A stretch of DNA of 64,000 bases. Source: Candidatus Effluviviaceae Genus I sp. GTDB taxonomy: Bacteria; Joyebacterota; Joyebacteria; Joyebacterales; Joyebacteraceae. Below, one piece after another: positions 1 to 14,068 of this stretch. The notes under the pieces are model-generated. The model had not been told where the DNA came from. It saw only the letters and a program-made list of their open reading frames with translations, and did no database searches. The position numbers were made by a program, and so were the translations under genes. Numbering within the stretch: position 1 is the first letter of the stretch; every line of letters starts with the position of its first letter. Where the stretch lies: assembly GCA_016867725.1 (NCBI GenBank), contig VGIX01000001.1:99575-163574 (forward strand). Direction: 5' to 3'.

Positions 1-862
1 TCGCGCCCGCAGCCGCGCTCACCGATCTTCCGTAGTACTCGCGGTTCGTCGCCAGCCCGCCGGGGAACACGCCGGCGTCGAGGAACTCGCGGACGCCGCG
101 CAGGAGCGGCACGCTCGCGAGATCGATCTCGAGGGTCACGCGGCTCGCCCGCGCCATGGCGGACGCGTGCCCCGCGAGGCCGAAGCCCGTGACGTCGGTC
201 GCGGCCGTCGCTCCCGCCTCGACCATGGCCTCCGAGGCCGCGCGGTTCAGTCTCCTCATCACGGCCGTCGCCTCAGCGAGGCTCTCGGCGGAGAGCTTCC
301 CCTCCTTGAGCGCCGTCATGAGAATGCCCGTTCCGAGCGGCTTCGTGAGCGCGAGCGCCTGCCCGGGGCGCGCGCCGGCGTTCGTCACGACGCGCTTCGG
401 GTGGACCGTCCCCACCACGGCGAGCCCGTACTTGAGCTCGCGGTCGCTCACCGAGTGGCCGCCGACGATCGACACGCCGGCCTCGGCGGCCGTGTCCTCT
501 CCTCCAAGGAGGATCTCCGCCATCGCGTCCGGCGGAAGCTCCCCGTCGGGGAAGCACAGCACGTTGAGCGCCATCACGGGCCTTCCGCCCATCGCGTACA
601 CGTCGGAGAACGCGTTGGCCGCTGAGATCCTCCCGAAATCGCGCGCGTCGTCCACGACCGGCGTGAAGAAGTCCACTGTGAAGACGAGCGCGACCTCGTC
701 GTTCAGAAGGTAGACCCCGGCGTCGTCCACGGTGCCCTCGGAGACGAGCACGCGTGGATCCGCGATGGGCGGCAGCTTGGCGAGCACGGGAAGCAGGTCC
801 TCCGGACCCAGCTTCGACGCTCAGCCCGAGCAGCGCACCTTCTGTGTGAGCTTCCAGTCCAT
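1..862 (-). CDS. selD: Selenide, water dikinase (selenophosphate synthetase), selenocysteine-containing; 3' end runs off the window
   Basis: Manual translation from ATG at 862 gives MDWKLTQKVRCSG-U(TGA 823-821)-ASKLGPEDL...DDAGVY...TVDFFTPVVDD...AANAFSDVYAMGG, with classic SelD motifs. Absent from the ORF track because of the in-frame TGA and the window edge. Confidence 0.96.
791..814 (-). promoter_or_regulatory. Bacterial SECIS-like hairpin of selD
   Basis: AAGC-U-GGGUCC-[GGA]-GGACCU-GCUU; the apical loop begins 17 nt after the UGA and starts with G. Confidence 0.8.
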
Positions 863-928
863 CCGTCCCTCGTTCCGGGCGCCCGCCCTCGCGGGAACCG
901 GCGCCCGCGCCCCGGACCCGGCCGCCGC

Positions 929-2733
<1,805 letters not shown>

Positions 2734-2758
<25 letters not shown>

Positions 2759-4113
2759 GGGCGTGTTCCTTCCGACATCCGGGAGACGACGCCTTCGGCC
2801 GCGTCGGCGAGGGACCGTGCGTCCGCGGGACTCCCCGCCTCGGCGATGACCCGCACGACCGGCTCAGTACCGGACATCCTGACGTGAACCCACCTGCCGG
2901 GCCAGCACATCTTCACGCCGTCGGTGAGGTCCGGCGTGGCGCCCGAGAAGGCCGCCGCCATGGACTCCGTGAGCGCCTGCTGCGACGGCACGGCCGCCGC
3001 GACCTTCCGTTTGACCATCGAGTACGTCGGGAAACGCGCGACGACGGCCGACGCCGGCCCGGCGCCTGGCCGAGCGAGCGCGGTCATCACGAGGGCCGCC
3101 GCCGTCGCCGCGTCGCGCCCCGGGTGGACCGACGGCACGATGACGCCGCCGTTGCCCTCCCCGCCCACGACGGCGTTCACCTCGAGCATGCGCGCGACCA
3201 CGTTGATCTCACCGACCGCGGTCCGCCACAACGGCGCGCCGTGCGCCCGCGCGACGTCCTCGATCATGAGGCTCGTCGAGACGTTCGCGACGACGGGGCC
3301 CGGGCGGGCGGTCAGCACCACGTCCGCGGCGAGCGCGAGCGTGTACTCCTCGCCCACGGGTCGCCCGCGCTCGTCCACGATGGCGAGGCGGTCCGCGTCG
3401 GGATCGCACGCGAGCCCCGCGGCGGCGCGCTCGCGGACGACGGCCTCCGAGAGCGCCGCGAGGTGCTCGGGGACCGGCTCCGCACCCCGTGAGAACGGTT
3501 CCCCGGCCGCGCATGAGAGCTCCACGACGTCGCAGCCCAGGTCCCTGAGGAGCCCCGGCAGGACGACGGACCCCGCGGCGTTGACGCAGTCGAGCGCGAC
3601 GCGGGGACGCATCCGCGCGATCGCGTCGCGGTCCACGAACGGGCACGACGCCACGAGCCTGACGTGCTCGTCGGCTGCCCCGCTCCACGCCGACTCGGCC
3701 GGCCCGTCGCTGCGGACGGCCCCGCCACCGCCGTCGGCGAGGTCAAAGACGCGCTCGACCTCCTCGCGCGTGAGGAACACGCCGCGCGGCGAGAAGAACT
3801 TGAACCCGTTCCACTCCTCGGGGTTGTGGCTCGCCGTGACGGCGATGCCGCCGGCGAACCCGCGCAGCCGCGTCGCGACGCCCACGGTCGGCGTCGGCAC
3901 GACGCCGAGATCGATCGCTCCGGACCCGCTCTCCCGAACGCCGCGGCGGACCGCGGCGGCGAGGCGGTCGCCTCCCCGTCTGGAGTCGCGGCCCACGGCC
4001 ACGGCCCCGCGGACGGTCGCCCCGAAGGCCCGGCCGTACAGCGCCGCCGTCTCCTCCGTGATGTCCCGTCCGACGATGCCGCGGACTCCCGAAACGCCCC
4101 TGATGAGGCCCAT
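2734..4113 (-). CDS. glmM: Phosphoglucosamine mutase / alpha-D-phosphohexomutase family
   Basis: VTASHNP phosphoserine loop, DPDADR metal loop, GGEGNGG, R.SGTEP; directly upstream of glmS. Confidence 0.85.
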
Positions 4114-4161
4114 CCGGCGTCTCCATGCACATCGCGTGCCACCGGGCTTCCCGCCGCCGGC

Positions 4162-5682
4162 CTAGGGCCCGGGCGCCTGTGCGCCGCCGTCGCCGTCCGC
4201 GCCCAGCCGTTCGAGCGCGTCTTCCGCGAAGCTCGCGTAGTCCGTCGCCGGGTACGCGGCCGCGACCTCGGCGTACGCCTGCGCCGCGCCGACGGGGTCG
4301 CCCATGCGACGCTCGAGGATCCACGCCGCCGCGAGCCCGGCCTTCGGCGCGAACGCGCTCGAGGGATGGAGCGCCGCCACGTCGCGGTAGTATCCGAGCG
4401 CCTTCTCCGGCCGGTCCATGCTGAAGAGCAGGAGCTCGGCGGCGAGGAAGCGGGCCTCAGCCAGCTCGTCGTCCGGCGAGGCGGGACCCGCGTCGGGCTC
4501 CTCGGCGGACGGCAGAAGGCTCGTGTGGAGCGCGTCAGCGTGCGTCTCCTCAGGCGACGGCGGCGCGGTCGTCGTGTCCGCCGCGGCCTCCTCGCGTCCC
4601 TCGGACCGTCCGATGGCCTCGAGGTGCTTCGTGAGCGCGTTGAGGTCTTCCAGGGCGCGGGACGCGAGCCTGCTCGCCTCGCCGCGGGGCGACTCGTCGC
4701 GCGCCCGCGTGAAGACCTCGAGCGCCGCATCGACGTCGTCCTCTCGGTCCCGGCGGATGAGCCCGATGCGGTAGAGGGCGAGCGCCGAGCCTTCGGTGCG
4801 GGCGCGCGCCGCGGTGACGCTCTCGTACGCGGAGACGGCTGCACCGAGATCGCCGGCGAGCTCGTGCGCCTGTCCCTTGAGAAGCAGCACGCGATCGAGG
4901 GCGTCCCGGTCGGCGGTCCTGCGCTCGAGCTCCTCGAGAACGGCCAGCGCGCCGCCCGCGTCCCCGAGCCTGACGAGCGTGTCGGCAAGGCGCACCCTCG
5001 CCTCGAAGGCGACCTTCGGCGCCGCCGCCTCGCGACGGACCTGGTCGTACTGGTGCGCGGCCTCGGCCAGCATGCCGACGTCGGCGTAGTTCTCGGCCGC
5101 GAGGATCCTCACTTCGGCGCGGCGGTCGCTTCTCGGGAAGCGCTCGAGCGCCGCGAGGTACGTCTCGGCTGCCTCGTCGTGGTGCCTTCTCGCGTTCCTC
5201 GCCTTGCCGACGAGGACCATCGCGTCGTCCGACAGGTCGTTCGGCGGGGAGGCATCGGCCAGCGGACGCAGCGCCTCCTCGGCCCCGACCGGATCGCCCT
5301 TGCCGAGGAGCACCGCTCCGCGGAGATAGTCCGCCCTGTCTCTGAGCCCGCTTTCGGGGTGGTTCTGCCGGAGCTCCGCCAGGCGCGAGAGGGCGCTCTC
5401 GTGCTTCCCCTGCTGGTGGAGGGCCTCGGCCATGAGCACGAGGGCGTCGTCGGCCCACGACGAGTCCGGGTGATCCCTGAGGATCTTCGCGCACTTCTCG
5501 ATGACCCGATCGAGAAGCTCCTTCTCTCTGCTCGTCGGCGCGCCGTCGGGCGGCCTCGACTCCCTCAGGAGGGCCGCCTCCGACGCGGCGCTCCTCGCGT
5601 TGTAGAACGTGTTGTAGTACACGCAGCCGGACAGCGCGGGCAGGACGAGCAGGACAAGACAGACGAAGGCTCGCGTGAACAC
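4162..5682 (-). CDS. TPR-repeat lipoprotein (BamD/YfiO- or SprE/PorW-like)
   Basis: Lipobox LSG-C followed by VYYNTFYNA; many TPR-like helical repeats (HPDSSWADDAL, FPRSDR, HPSSAFAPKA, YPATDYA). Confidence 0.75.
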   Translation of the reverse strand: MFTRAFVCLVLLVLPALSGCVYYNTFYNARSAASEAALLRESRPPDGAPTSREKELLDRVIEKCAKILRDHPDSSWADDALVLMAEALHQQGKHESALSRLAELRQNHPESGLRDRADYLRGAVLLGKGDPVGAEEALRPLADASPPNDLSDDAMVLVGKARNARRHHDEAAETYLAALERFPRSDRRAEVRILAAENYADVGMLAEAAHQYDQVRREAAAPKVAFEARVRLADTLVRLGDAGGALAVLEELERRTADRDALDRVLLLKGQAHELAGDLGAAVSAYESVTAARARTEGSALALYRIGLIRRDREDDVDAALEVFTRARDESPRGEASRLASRALEDLNALTKHLEAIGRSEGREEAAADTTTAPPSPEETHADALHTSLLPSAEEPDAGPASPDDELAEARFLAAELLLFSMDRPEKALGYYRDVAALHPSSAFAPKAGLAAAWILERRMGDPVGAAQAYAEVAAAYPATDYASFAEDALERLGADGDGGAQAPGP

Positions 5683-5749
5683 CGTGCGGCTCCTGTCGGC
5701 CCGCCTCCGGACGCCCGTCGGCGGTCCGCTCCCTGCCGGCGACCCGTTG

Positions 5750-7999
<2,250 letters not shown>

Positions 8000-8003
<4 letters not shown>

Positions 8004-8980
8004 GCCGGTTTCCCGTCACCCAGCTCGCTCGCGGCGCGCAGCAGCCTGGCCCGCACCGCGTCGCTTCCGTCGATGCGGACAAGCTCGGCCCGCAGTCCCG
8101 AGGCGCCGGGGAAGCCCCTCAGATATGCAGTGATGTGCTTCCTCATCTCGAGCACGCCCGTCCTCTCGCCCTTCGCGGCGACCATGAGATCCAGATGCTC
8201 GGCCGCCAGGCGAATGCGGTCGGTGAGCGTCGGAGGCTCCGGCGCCGGCAGCCCGGACCAGCGCGCGGCCGCGCCGGCGAAGACCCAGGGGTTGCCGACG
8301 GCCGCGCGCCCGATCATGACGCCGTCGCATCCGGTCTCGTCGCGCATCCGCGCGGCGTCGTCGGGCGTCCGGACGTCGCCGTTCCCGATGACGGGAACCG
8401 GCACGGCGGCCCGCACCGCGCGGATCACGCGCCAGTCCGCCGACCCGGTGAACCCCTGCCTGCCGGTCCGCGGATGCACGACGAGCGCGGCGACGCCGGC
8501 CTCGACGAGCGCCGCGGCGGCCTCCGGCGCGTTCACGTGACCCTCGTCCCAGCCGCTCCGGATCTTCGCGACGACGGGCCGGTCGGACGCCTCGACGACG
8601 GCGCGCGCGACCTCGGCCAGACGCCCGAGGTCTCGCATGAGCGCGGACCCGGCGCCCGAGCGCACGACCTTCCGCGCGGGGCAGCCGACGTTGATGTCGA
8701 GGAGGTCCGGCTTCAGGCGGCAGGCGGCCGCGGCGGCGGCGCCCATGGCCTCGGGCCGTGCCCCGAACAGCTGGAAGACGATCGGCCTCTCGTCGGGGTG
8801 AAACGCGAGGAGCCGCAGCGTCTTCGCGCCGCCGCGGACGAGGCCCTCGGCGCTCACCATCTCCGTCCAGACGAGCGACGCCCCCAGGCGCCTGCAGACC
8901 CTGCGCATGGGGCTGTCGGTGATGCCGGCCAGCGGCGCCAGCGCCAGCGGCGGAGTGACGGCAAGTCCCGCGATCGTCAT
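8000..8980 (-). CDS. dusB: tRNA-dihydrouridine synthase B
   Basis: LAPLAGITD, DINVGCP..KV...GAGSAL, KIRSGWD, VIGNGDV, GVMIGRAAVGNPW. Confidence 0.93.
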
Positions 8981-9092
8981 CGGTCCCCCAAGGCCGGCGC
9001 TCCGCCCAACCCACGCAGCGCGCGGCGCCTCCGCGCAGAGGGGGCGGCGCGCCGCGCCGCCCCCCCATCCACGCCTGATCGACGGGCAGCCT

Positions 9093-10685
9093 CTACCGGC
9101 TCTGCGTCGCCGCCGCCGCCCGCGCTTCGGCCACACGCAGGAGCCCGGGGAGGTCGCCCGCCTCGCGGATCATCTCCGCCGCGGCCGCGATCTGGTTGTC
9201 CTCCTGAACGGCGGCGAGGTACGCGCTGTTCGGTCCCTCGAGCCTCCGCAGGAGCTCCCGCCTGATCCCGTACTCGATGCGCCCGCGGTGCCGCTCGAGC
9301 TCCCCGACATCGAAGGCGAAGCCGTCGCGCCCGAGGAACGCGACGAAGTCGGCCCACACCGCGCCGTCGACGGCCCCGGTCGCGCGGCGATGCGCCGGAG
9401 CGTACTCGACCGCGAACTCGAAGAACTCGCCGCGGCGCTCAAGATCGACGACGATCTCGGGAACGTCGTCCACCTCGACCACCACGTCCGGCGTGATGCC
9501 TCCGCCGCCGTAGACCGTCCGACCGGCGTTCGTCCTGTAGATCGGCTTCGGACGCTCGTCCGCGCCCGCGCCGGCGTCCGCCCGATCGCCCGCAGGGTCG
9601 CCGTTCCAGCGCTCGGGCTTCTCGATGAGCCGGCCGCTCGCGGTGTACCACTTGGCCGTGGTGATCTTCATCGCGCAGTCCTTCGTGAGCGGCCGCAGGC
9701 GCATGAGGGTCTGGACCGATCCCTTGCCGAAGGTCTCGGTGCCGACGACGATCCCGCGGTCCCAGTCCTGCACCGCGCCCGCGAGGATCTCCGACCCGCT
9801 CGCGCTGCCGCCGTTCGTCAGCACGACGATCGGGAAGTCGTCCGGATAGCGCGACGGCGTGCGGGCCTTGAACCGCTGGTTCTGGTCCTCGAGCCTCCCC
9901 TTCGTGCTCACGACGAGCTCCCCGGTGTCGAGGAAGACGTCCGAGAGATCGACGGCCTGGGTCAGGAGCCCCCCGGGGTTGCTGCGGACATCGACGATGA
10001 GTCCCTTCATGCCCCTGGACTCCAGCTCGGCGAGCCGCTTCGTGAGCTCTTCCGTCGTCGTCCTCGCGAACCGCGAGATCCTCACGTAGCCCACGCCGCC
10101 GTCGAGGACGAACGCGTAGGGAACGCTGTCGACCTTGATGATGTCGCGCGTCACGGTGTACTCGAGCAGATCGTCGATGCCCTGGCGCTGGATCGTGATG
10201 CCGACCTTCGTCCCGGGCGCTCCGCGCAGCTCCTTGATGGCGTCGTCCACCGTGATCCCCCGCGTGGGGCGGCCCTCGATCGCGACGATCCTGTCCCCCG
10301 ACTGGATCCCGAGATCGTACGCGGGCGTGCCCTCGATCGGGCTCACGACGGTCAGGACGCCGTCCCTCACGGTGATCTGGATGCCGAGCCCTCCGAACTC
10401 CCCTTCGGTCGTGACCTGGAAGTCCCCGAAGGCCTCCTCGTCGAGGAACATGGAGTACGGATCGAGCGACGCGAGCATGCCGCGGATCGCGCCGTACATG
10501 AGCTCCTTGGCATCGACCTCCTCAACGTAGGCGCCCTCGACCTTCGCGAGGGCGTCGTTGAAGAGATCGAGGTACGTGTAGATGTCGTTGGCGGCCCCGA
10601 CACGCTCGACCGCCCATCCCCCCAACACCATCCCGACCACAAGCGCCGTGATGATGGGGCCCCATCGCCTGAGACGCGCTGTCAT
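9093..10685 (-). CDS. ctpA: C-terminal processing peptidase, S41 family, with PDZ domain
   Basis: Signal/TM, LDPYS, FGGLGI PDZ, DVRSNPGG, SASGSEI, TFGKGSVQ. Confidence 0.93.
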   Translation of the reverse strand: MTARLRRWGPIITALVVGMVLGGWAVERVGAANDIYTYLDLFNDALAKVEGAYVEEVDAKELMYGAIRGMLASLDPYSMFLDEEAFGDFQVTTEGEFGGLGIQITVRDGVLTVVSPIEGTPAYDLGIQSGDRIVAIEGRPTRGITVDDAIKELRGAPGTKVGITIQRQGIDDLLEYTVTRDIIKVDSVPYAFVLDGGVGYVRISRFARTTTEELTKRLAELESRGMKGLIVDVRSNPGGLLTQAVDLSDVFLDTGELVVSTKGRLEDQNQRFKARTPSRYPDDFPIVVLTNGGSASGSEILAGAVQDWDRGIVVGTETFGKGSVQTLMRLRPLTKDCAMKITTAKWYTASGRLIEKPERWNGDPAGDRADAGAGADERPKPIYRTNAGRTVYGGGGITPDVVVEVDDVPEIVVDLERRGEFFEFAVEYAPAHRRATGAVDGAVWADFVAFLGRDGFAFDVGELERHRGRIEYGIRRELLRRLEGPNSAYLAAVQEDNQIAAAAEMIREAGDLPGLLRVAEARAAAATQSR

Positions 10686-10698
10686 GTCGCTGCCCTCG

Positions 10699-11355
10699 TC
10701 AAAGCCCGCGGCGTTCCAGAAGCTCGTCGATGCGCTGCGCCACCAGACGGGCGATCGCATCCGGGTCTTGCCCCGCGTCGATGACCACGAAGCGCGCGGG
10801 TTCGCGCTTCGCGGCCTCGAGATAGGCCGCCCTCACCCTCCGATGGAAGTCCAGCGCCTCGCTCTCGATCCTGTCCCGACCCTGCCGTCCGCCCCCCGTC
10901 GAGAACCTGGCCAGTCCCGACGCAGGGTCGAGGTCGAGCAGAAACGTGACGTCCGGTTGGACGCCCCCGGTCGCCATTCTGTTGAGCGGGTCGACGGTCT
11001 CCCAGCCGAGGCCTCTGCCGCCTCCCTGGTAGGCCACGCTCGCGTCCGCATACCGGTCCGAGATGACGACGGCGCCCCGCTCAAGGCCCGGCCGCACGAC
11101 CTGGCTCACGTGCTCCGCCCTGGACGCAAGATAGAGGAGGAGCTCGGTGAGCGGGAGCATCCCGGCCTGGGCGTGGTCGAGGAGGATGCGGCGGAGCTCT
11201 TCTCCGAGCGGCGAGCCGCCCGGCTCGCGGCTCACGACGACGGGCGTCCCGCGACGCCTGAGATGCGCCTCGAGCGCTCGCGCCTGGGTTGACTTGCCGG
11301 AACCCTCGACGCCCTCGAACGTCACGAAGAGCCCGGCGCGACCGAGCTTCGGCAT
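10699..11355 (-). CDS. tmk: Thymidylate kinase
   Basis: FVTFEGVEGSGKSTQ, REPGG, DRYADASVAYQG, DRIE. Confidence 0.96.
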   Translation of the reverse strand: MPKLGRAGLFVTFEGVEGSGKSTQARALEAHLRRRGTPVVVSREPGGSPLGEELRRILLDHAQAGMLPLTELLLYLASRAEHVSQVVRPGLERGAVVISDRYADASVAYQGGGRGLGWETVDPLNRMATGGVQPDVTFLLDLDPASGLARFSTGGGRQGRDRIESEALDFHRRVRAAYLEAAKREPARFVVIDAGQDPDAIARLVAQRIDELLERRGL

Positions 11356-11441
11356 GCGGACTCCGTGGGGGGTGCTCGCCGCATCGGTGAGGGAGCGGGA
11401 CGCCACCCGCCGACGCGGGACCGTTGCCCCCGTCCGTGTCC

Positions 11442-12593
11442 CTAGGGCTTCGCCGCCGCGGCGCCGGCAGGCTTCGTGCCCTGCCCCGCCTTCGCGGACC
11501 CGGCCGGGGCGGCGTCCTTCGCGTGCCGCACGATGAACTCCTCGGTGGCGCGGCGCGCCTCGTCGTCGGTGTACTGGACCGGCGGGGACTTGAAGAAGTA
11601 GGACGACGGCGCCTCGACGGCGCCGGAGAGGCCGTTGTCCAGCGCGAGCTTCATGCAACGGACGGCGTCGATCATGACGCCGGCCGAGTTCGGCGAGTCC
11701 CACACCTCGAGCTTGAGCTCGACGTTCAGAGGAACGTCCCCGAAGGTCCGCCCCTCCATCCTCACGTACGCCCACTTCCTGTCGGTGAGCCAGGCGACGT
11801 AGTCCGACGGCCCGATGTGCACGTTGTCGTGGCCGATGTCGTAGTCGAGCTGCGACGTGACGGCGTTCGTCTTCGAGATCTTCTTGGACTCGAGGCGCGA
11901 GCGCTCGAGCATGTTCAGGAAGTCGGTGTTGCCGCCGACGTTGAGCTGGCTCGTGCGCTCGAGCCGGACGCCGCGGTCGCGGAAGAGCCGCGTGAGTACG
12001 CGGTGCACGATGGTCGCGCCGACCTGCGACTTGACGTCATCGCCCATGACCGGCAGGCCCTTCCGCTCGAAGCGCTGCTGCCAGTAGCGCTCGCGCGCGA
12101 TGAACACCGGGATCCCGTTGACGAACCCGCAGCCCGCCTCGAGGATCTGCTCGACGTACCACTTCGTCGCCTCCTCGCTCCCCACGGGGAGGAAGTTGAC
12201 GACGACGTCGGTCTTCGTGTCCTTGAGGAGCCCGACGATGTCCTCGGTCGGCCCGGGGGCCTTCTCGATGATCTCGGAGAGGTACTTCCCGAGGCCGTCG
12301 TGCGTCATGCCCCTCGCCACGCGGACCCCCTGGTGCGGCACGTCGCTGAACTTGAGCGTGTTGTTCGGCTTCGTGAAGACCGCCTGCGACAGGTCCTTGC
12401 CCACCTTGTTCCTGTCGATGTCGATCGCCGCCGAGAACTCGATGTCGCCCACGTGGTAGCCGCCGAGGACCGTGTGCATGAGCCCCGGGATGAACTGGTC
12501 GGGCTGAGCGTTCCGGTAGTACTCGACACCCTGGACGAGCGACGAGGCGCAGTTGCCGACCCCGATGATGCACACCCTGACCTTCTTGCCCAT
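11442..12593 (-). CDS. ino1: myo-inositol-1-phosphate synthase
   Basis: [51 protein letters not shown]. Confidence 0.97.
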   Translation of the reverse strand: MGKKVRVCIIGVGNCASSLVQGVEYYRNAQPDQFIPGLMHTVLGGYHVGDIEFSAAIDIDRNKVGKDLSQAVFTKPNNTLKFSDVPHQGVRVARGMTHDGLGKYLSEIIEKAPGPTEDIVGLLKDTKTDVVVNFLPVGSEEATKWYVEQILEAGCGFVNGIPVFIARERYWQQRFERKGLPVMGDDVKSQVGATIVHRVLTRLFRDRGVRLERTSQLNVGGNTDFLNMLERSRLESKKISKTNAVTSQLDYDIGHDNVHIGPSDYVAWLTDRKWAYVRMEGRTFGDVPLNVELKLEVWDSPNSAGVMIDAVRCMKLALDNGLSGAVEAPSSYFFKSPPVQYTDDEARRATEEFIVRHAKDAAPAGSAKAGQGTKPAGAAAAKP

Positions 12594-12625
12594 GACGAAC
12601 ACCCCCAGAGGCGCTCCGGTGAGCG

Positions 12626-13225
12626 CTAGGACCCGAGCTTACGAAGGACGTGACCGAGCCGATGGATGGCCGTCGCGTGCGACAGCACCGCGAGCAGCCA
12701 CGCGGCCCAGCGGAAGCGCGCGGGGCCGAGGAACGCGCCGACGATCAACAAGACCATGCGCTCGGGGCGTTCGGCGATCCCGACGTCGCACGTCGCGCCC
12801 ACGGCCTCCGCCCTCGCCTTCGCGTAGCTCACCAGAATGGAGCCGGAGACCGCGAGGAAGAGAGCCACGGCGGCGGACGCGTCCGGACCCGCGGGCCGCA
12901 GGAGGTAGTAGAGGAAGGCCCCGGCCAGCGCGACGACCTCCGAGTACCGGTCGAGCGTCGAGTCCAGGAACGCCCCCGACGCCGAGGCCCGTCCGCCTGC
13001 CCGCGCCGTCGCCCCGTCCACCATGTCGCAGACGCCCGCGAGGACGAGGAACCCGCCCGCGGTCCCGAACCGGCCGGCCCAGAAGGCCCACCCGGCCCCC
13101 GCCGACAGCGCGAGCCCGGCAACGGTGATGGCGTCCGGGGGTATCTTGAGCCTGACCGCGAGCGACGCGACGGGGTCAAGGACCTTCCGGATCCGGCTCT
13201 TCAGCCCGCCAGCGCCCATGCGCAC
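12626..13225 (-). CDS. CDP-alcohol phosphatidyltransferase (phosphatidylinositol-phosphate synthase-like)
   Basis: DMVDGATAR...[10 protein letters not shown] motif, [13 protein letters not shown]; co-transcribed with ino1. Confidence 0.9.
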   Translation of the reverse strand: MRMGAGGLKSRIRKVLDPVASLAVRLKIPPDAITVAGLALSAGAGWAFWAGRFGTAGGFLVLAGVCDMVDGATARAGGRASASGAFLDSTLDRYSEVVALAGAFLYYLLRPAGPDASAAVALFLAVSGSILVSYAKARAEAVGATCDVGIAERPERMVLLIVGAFLGPARFRWAAWLLAVLSHATAIHRLGHVLRKLGS

Positions 13226-13281
13226 GCGCCCCGCACGCGATCGCCCTCACCTCTCCCCGGTATCCGACCGTCGGACCGCGC

Positions 13282-13310
13282 AGTCTAGCATCGCGGAAGA
13301 GAGGTGTCAA
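13282..13310 (-). promoter_or_regulatory. Sigma70-type promoter for the CDP-alcohol transferase-ino1 operon
   Basis: TTGACA-17 nt-TAGACT with extended TGn; the -35 overlaps the rsmI stop codon. Confidence 0.7.
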
Positions 13311-14068
13311 CCTCCGAGGTCTGGAGCGTCGGCCTGGGCGCCGCCCCGCGCGCCCTCGCCGCCGCCGACGACGACCACGATCTCGCCCCGCCAGGCGGCG
13401 TCGGCCGCGACCCCGGCGAGCTCGCCCAGCGAGCCGCGGACGACCTCTTCGTGGACCTTCGTGAGCTCGCGCGCGACGGCGGCCGGGCGGTCGCCGAGGA
13501 CATCGCGCATGGCGGCGAGCGTCGCCGCGATCCTGTGAGGCGCCTCGTAGAAGACGAGCGTGCACGGAAGCGCGGCGACCTCCGCGAGCTTCCTCGCCCG
13601 CGCGCCGGGCTTCCTCGGGAGGAACCCGCCGAAGTAGAAGGGCATGGGCGGGAGCCCGGCCACCGAGAGCGCGGCCGCCAGCGCGGTCGCGCCGGGCACG
13701 GGCACGACGTCGAACCCCTCGCGGGCGCAGAGGCTCACGACGCGGTAGCCCGGATCGGCGAAAAGCGGGGTCCCCGCGTCGGTGACGAGTGCCACGTCGT
13801 CCCCGCGCTCCAGGCGCGCGAGCACGGCCGCGGCCGCGCGTTCCTCGTTGTGCTCGTGGTACGAGAGAACCGGCGTCCTGATGCCGTAGTGGGAGAGCAG
13901 CTTCCTGGTGTGGCGGGTGTCCTCGGTGGCGACCGCGGCGACGGCCTTGAGGACCTCGATGCCGCGGAGCGTCATGTCGCCGAGGTTGCCGATGGGTGTG
14001 GCGACGACGTGGAGACGGCCTCGCCGCGCGTTCGCCGTCACGAGGTCCTCCTGGCGGCGCCCCGTCAC
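13307..14068 (-). CDS. rsmI: 16S rRNA C1402 2'-O-methyltransferase
   Basis: VATPIGNLGD, EDTR.T, DAGTP..DPG, FYEAPHRI, RELTKVHEE. Confidence 0.96.
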   Translation of the reverse strand: MTGRRQEDLVTANARRGRLHVVATPIGNLGDMTLRGIEVLKAVAAVATEDTRHTRKLLSHYGIRTPVLSYHEHNEERAAAAVLARLERGDDVALVTDAGTPLFADPGYRVVSLCAREGFDVVPVPGATALAAALSVAGLPPMPFYFGGFLPRKPGARARKLAEVAALPCTLVFYEAPHRIAATLAAMRDVLGDRPAAVARELTKVHEEVVRGSLGELAGVAADAAWRGEIVVVVGGGEGARGGAQADAPDLGG

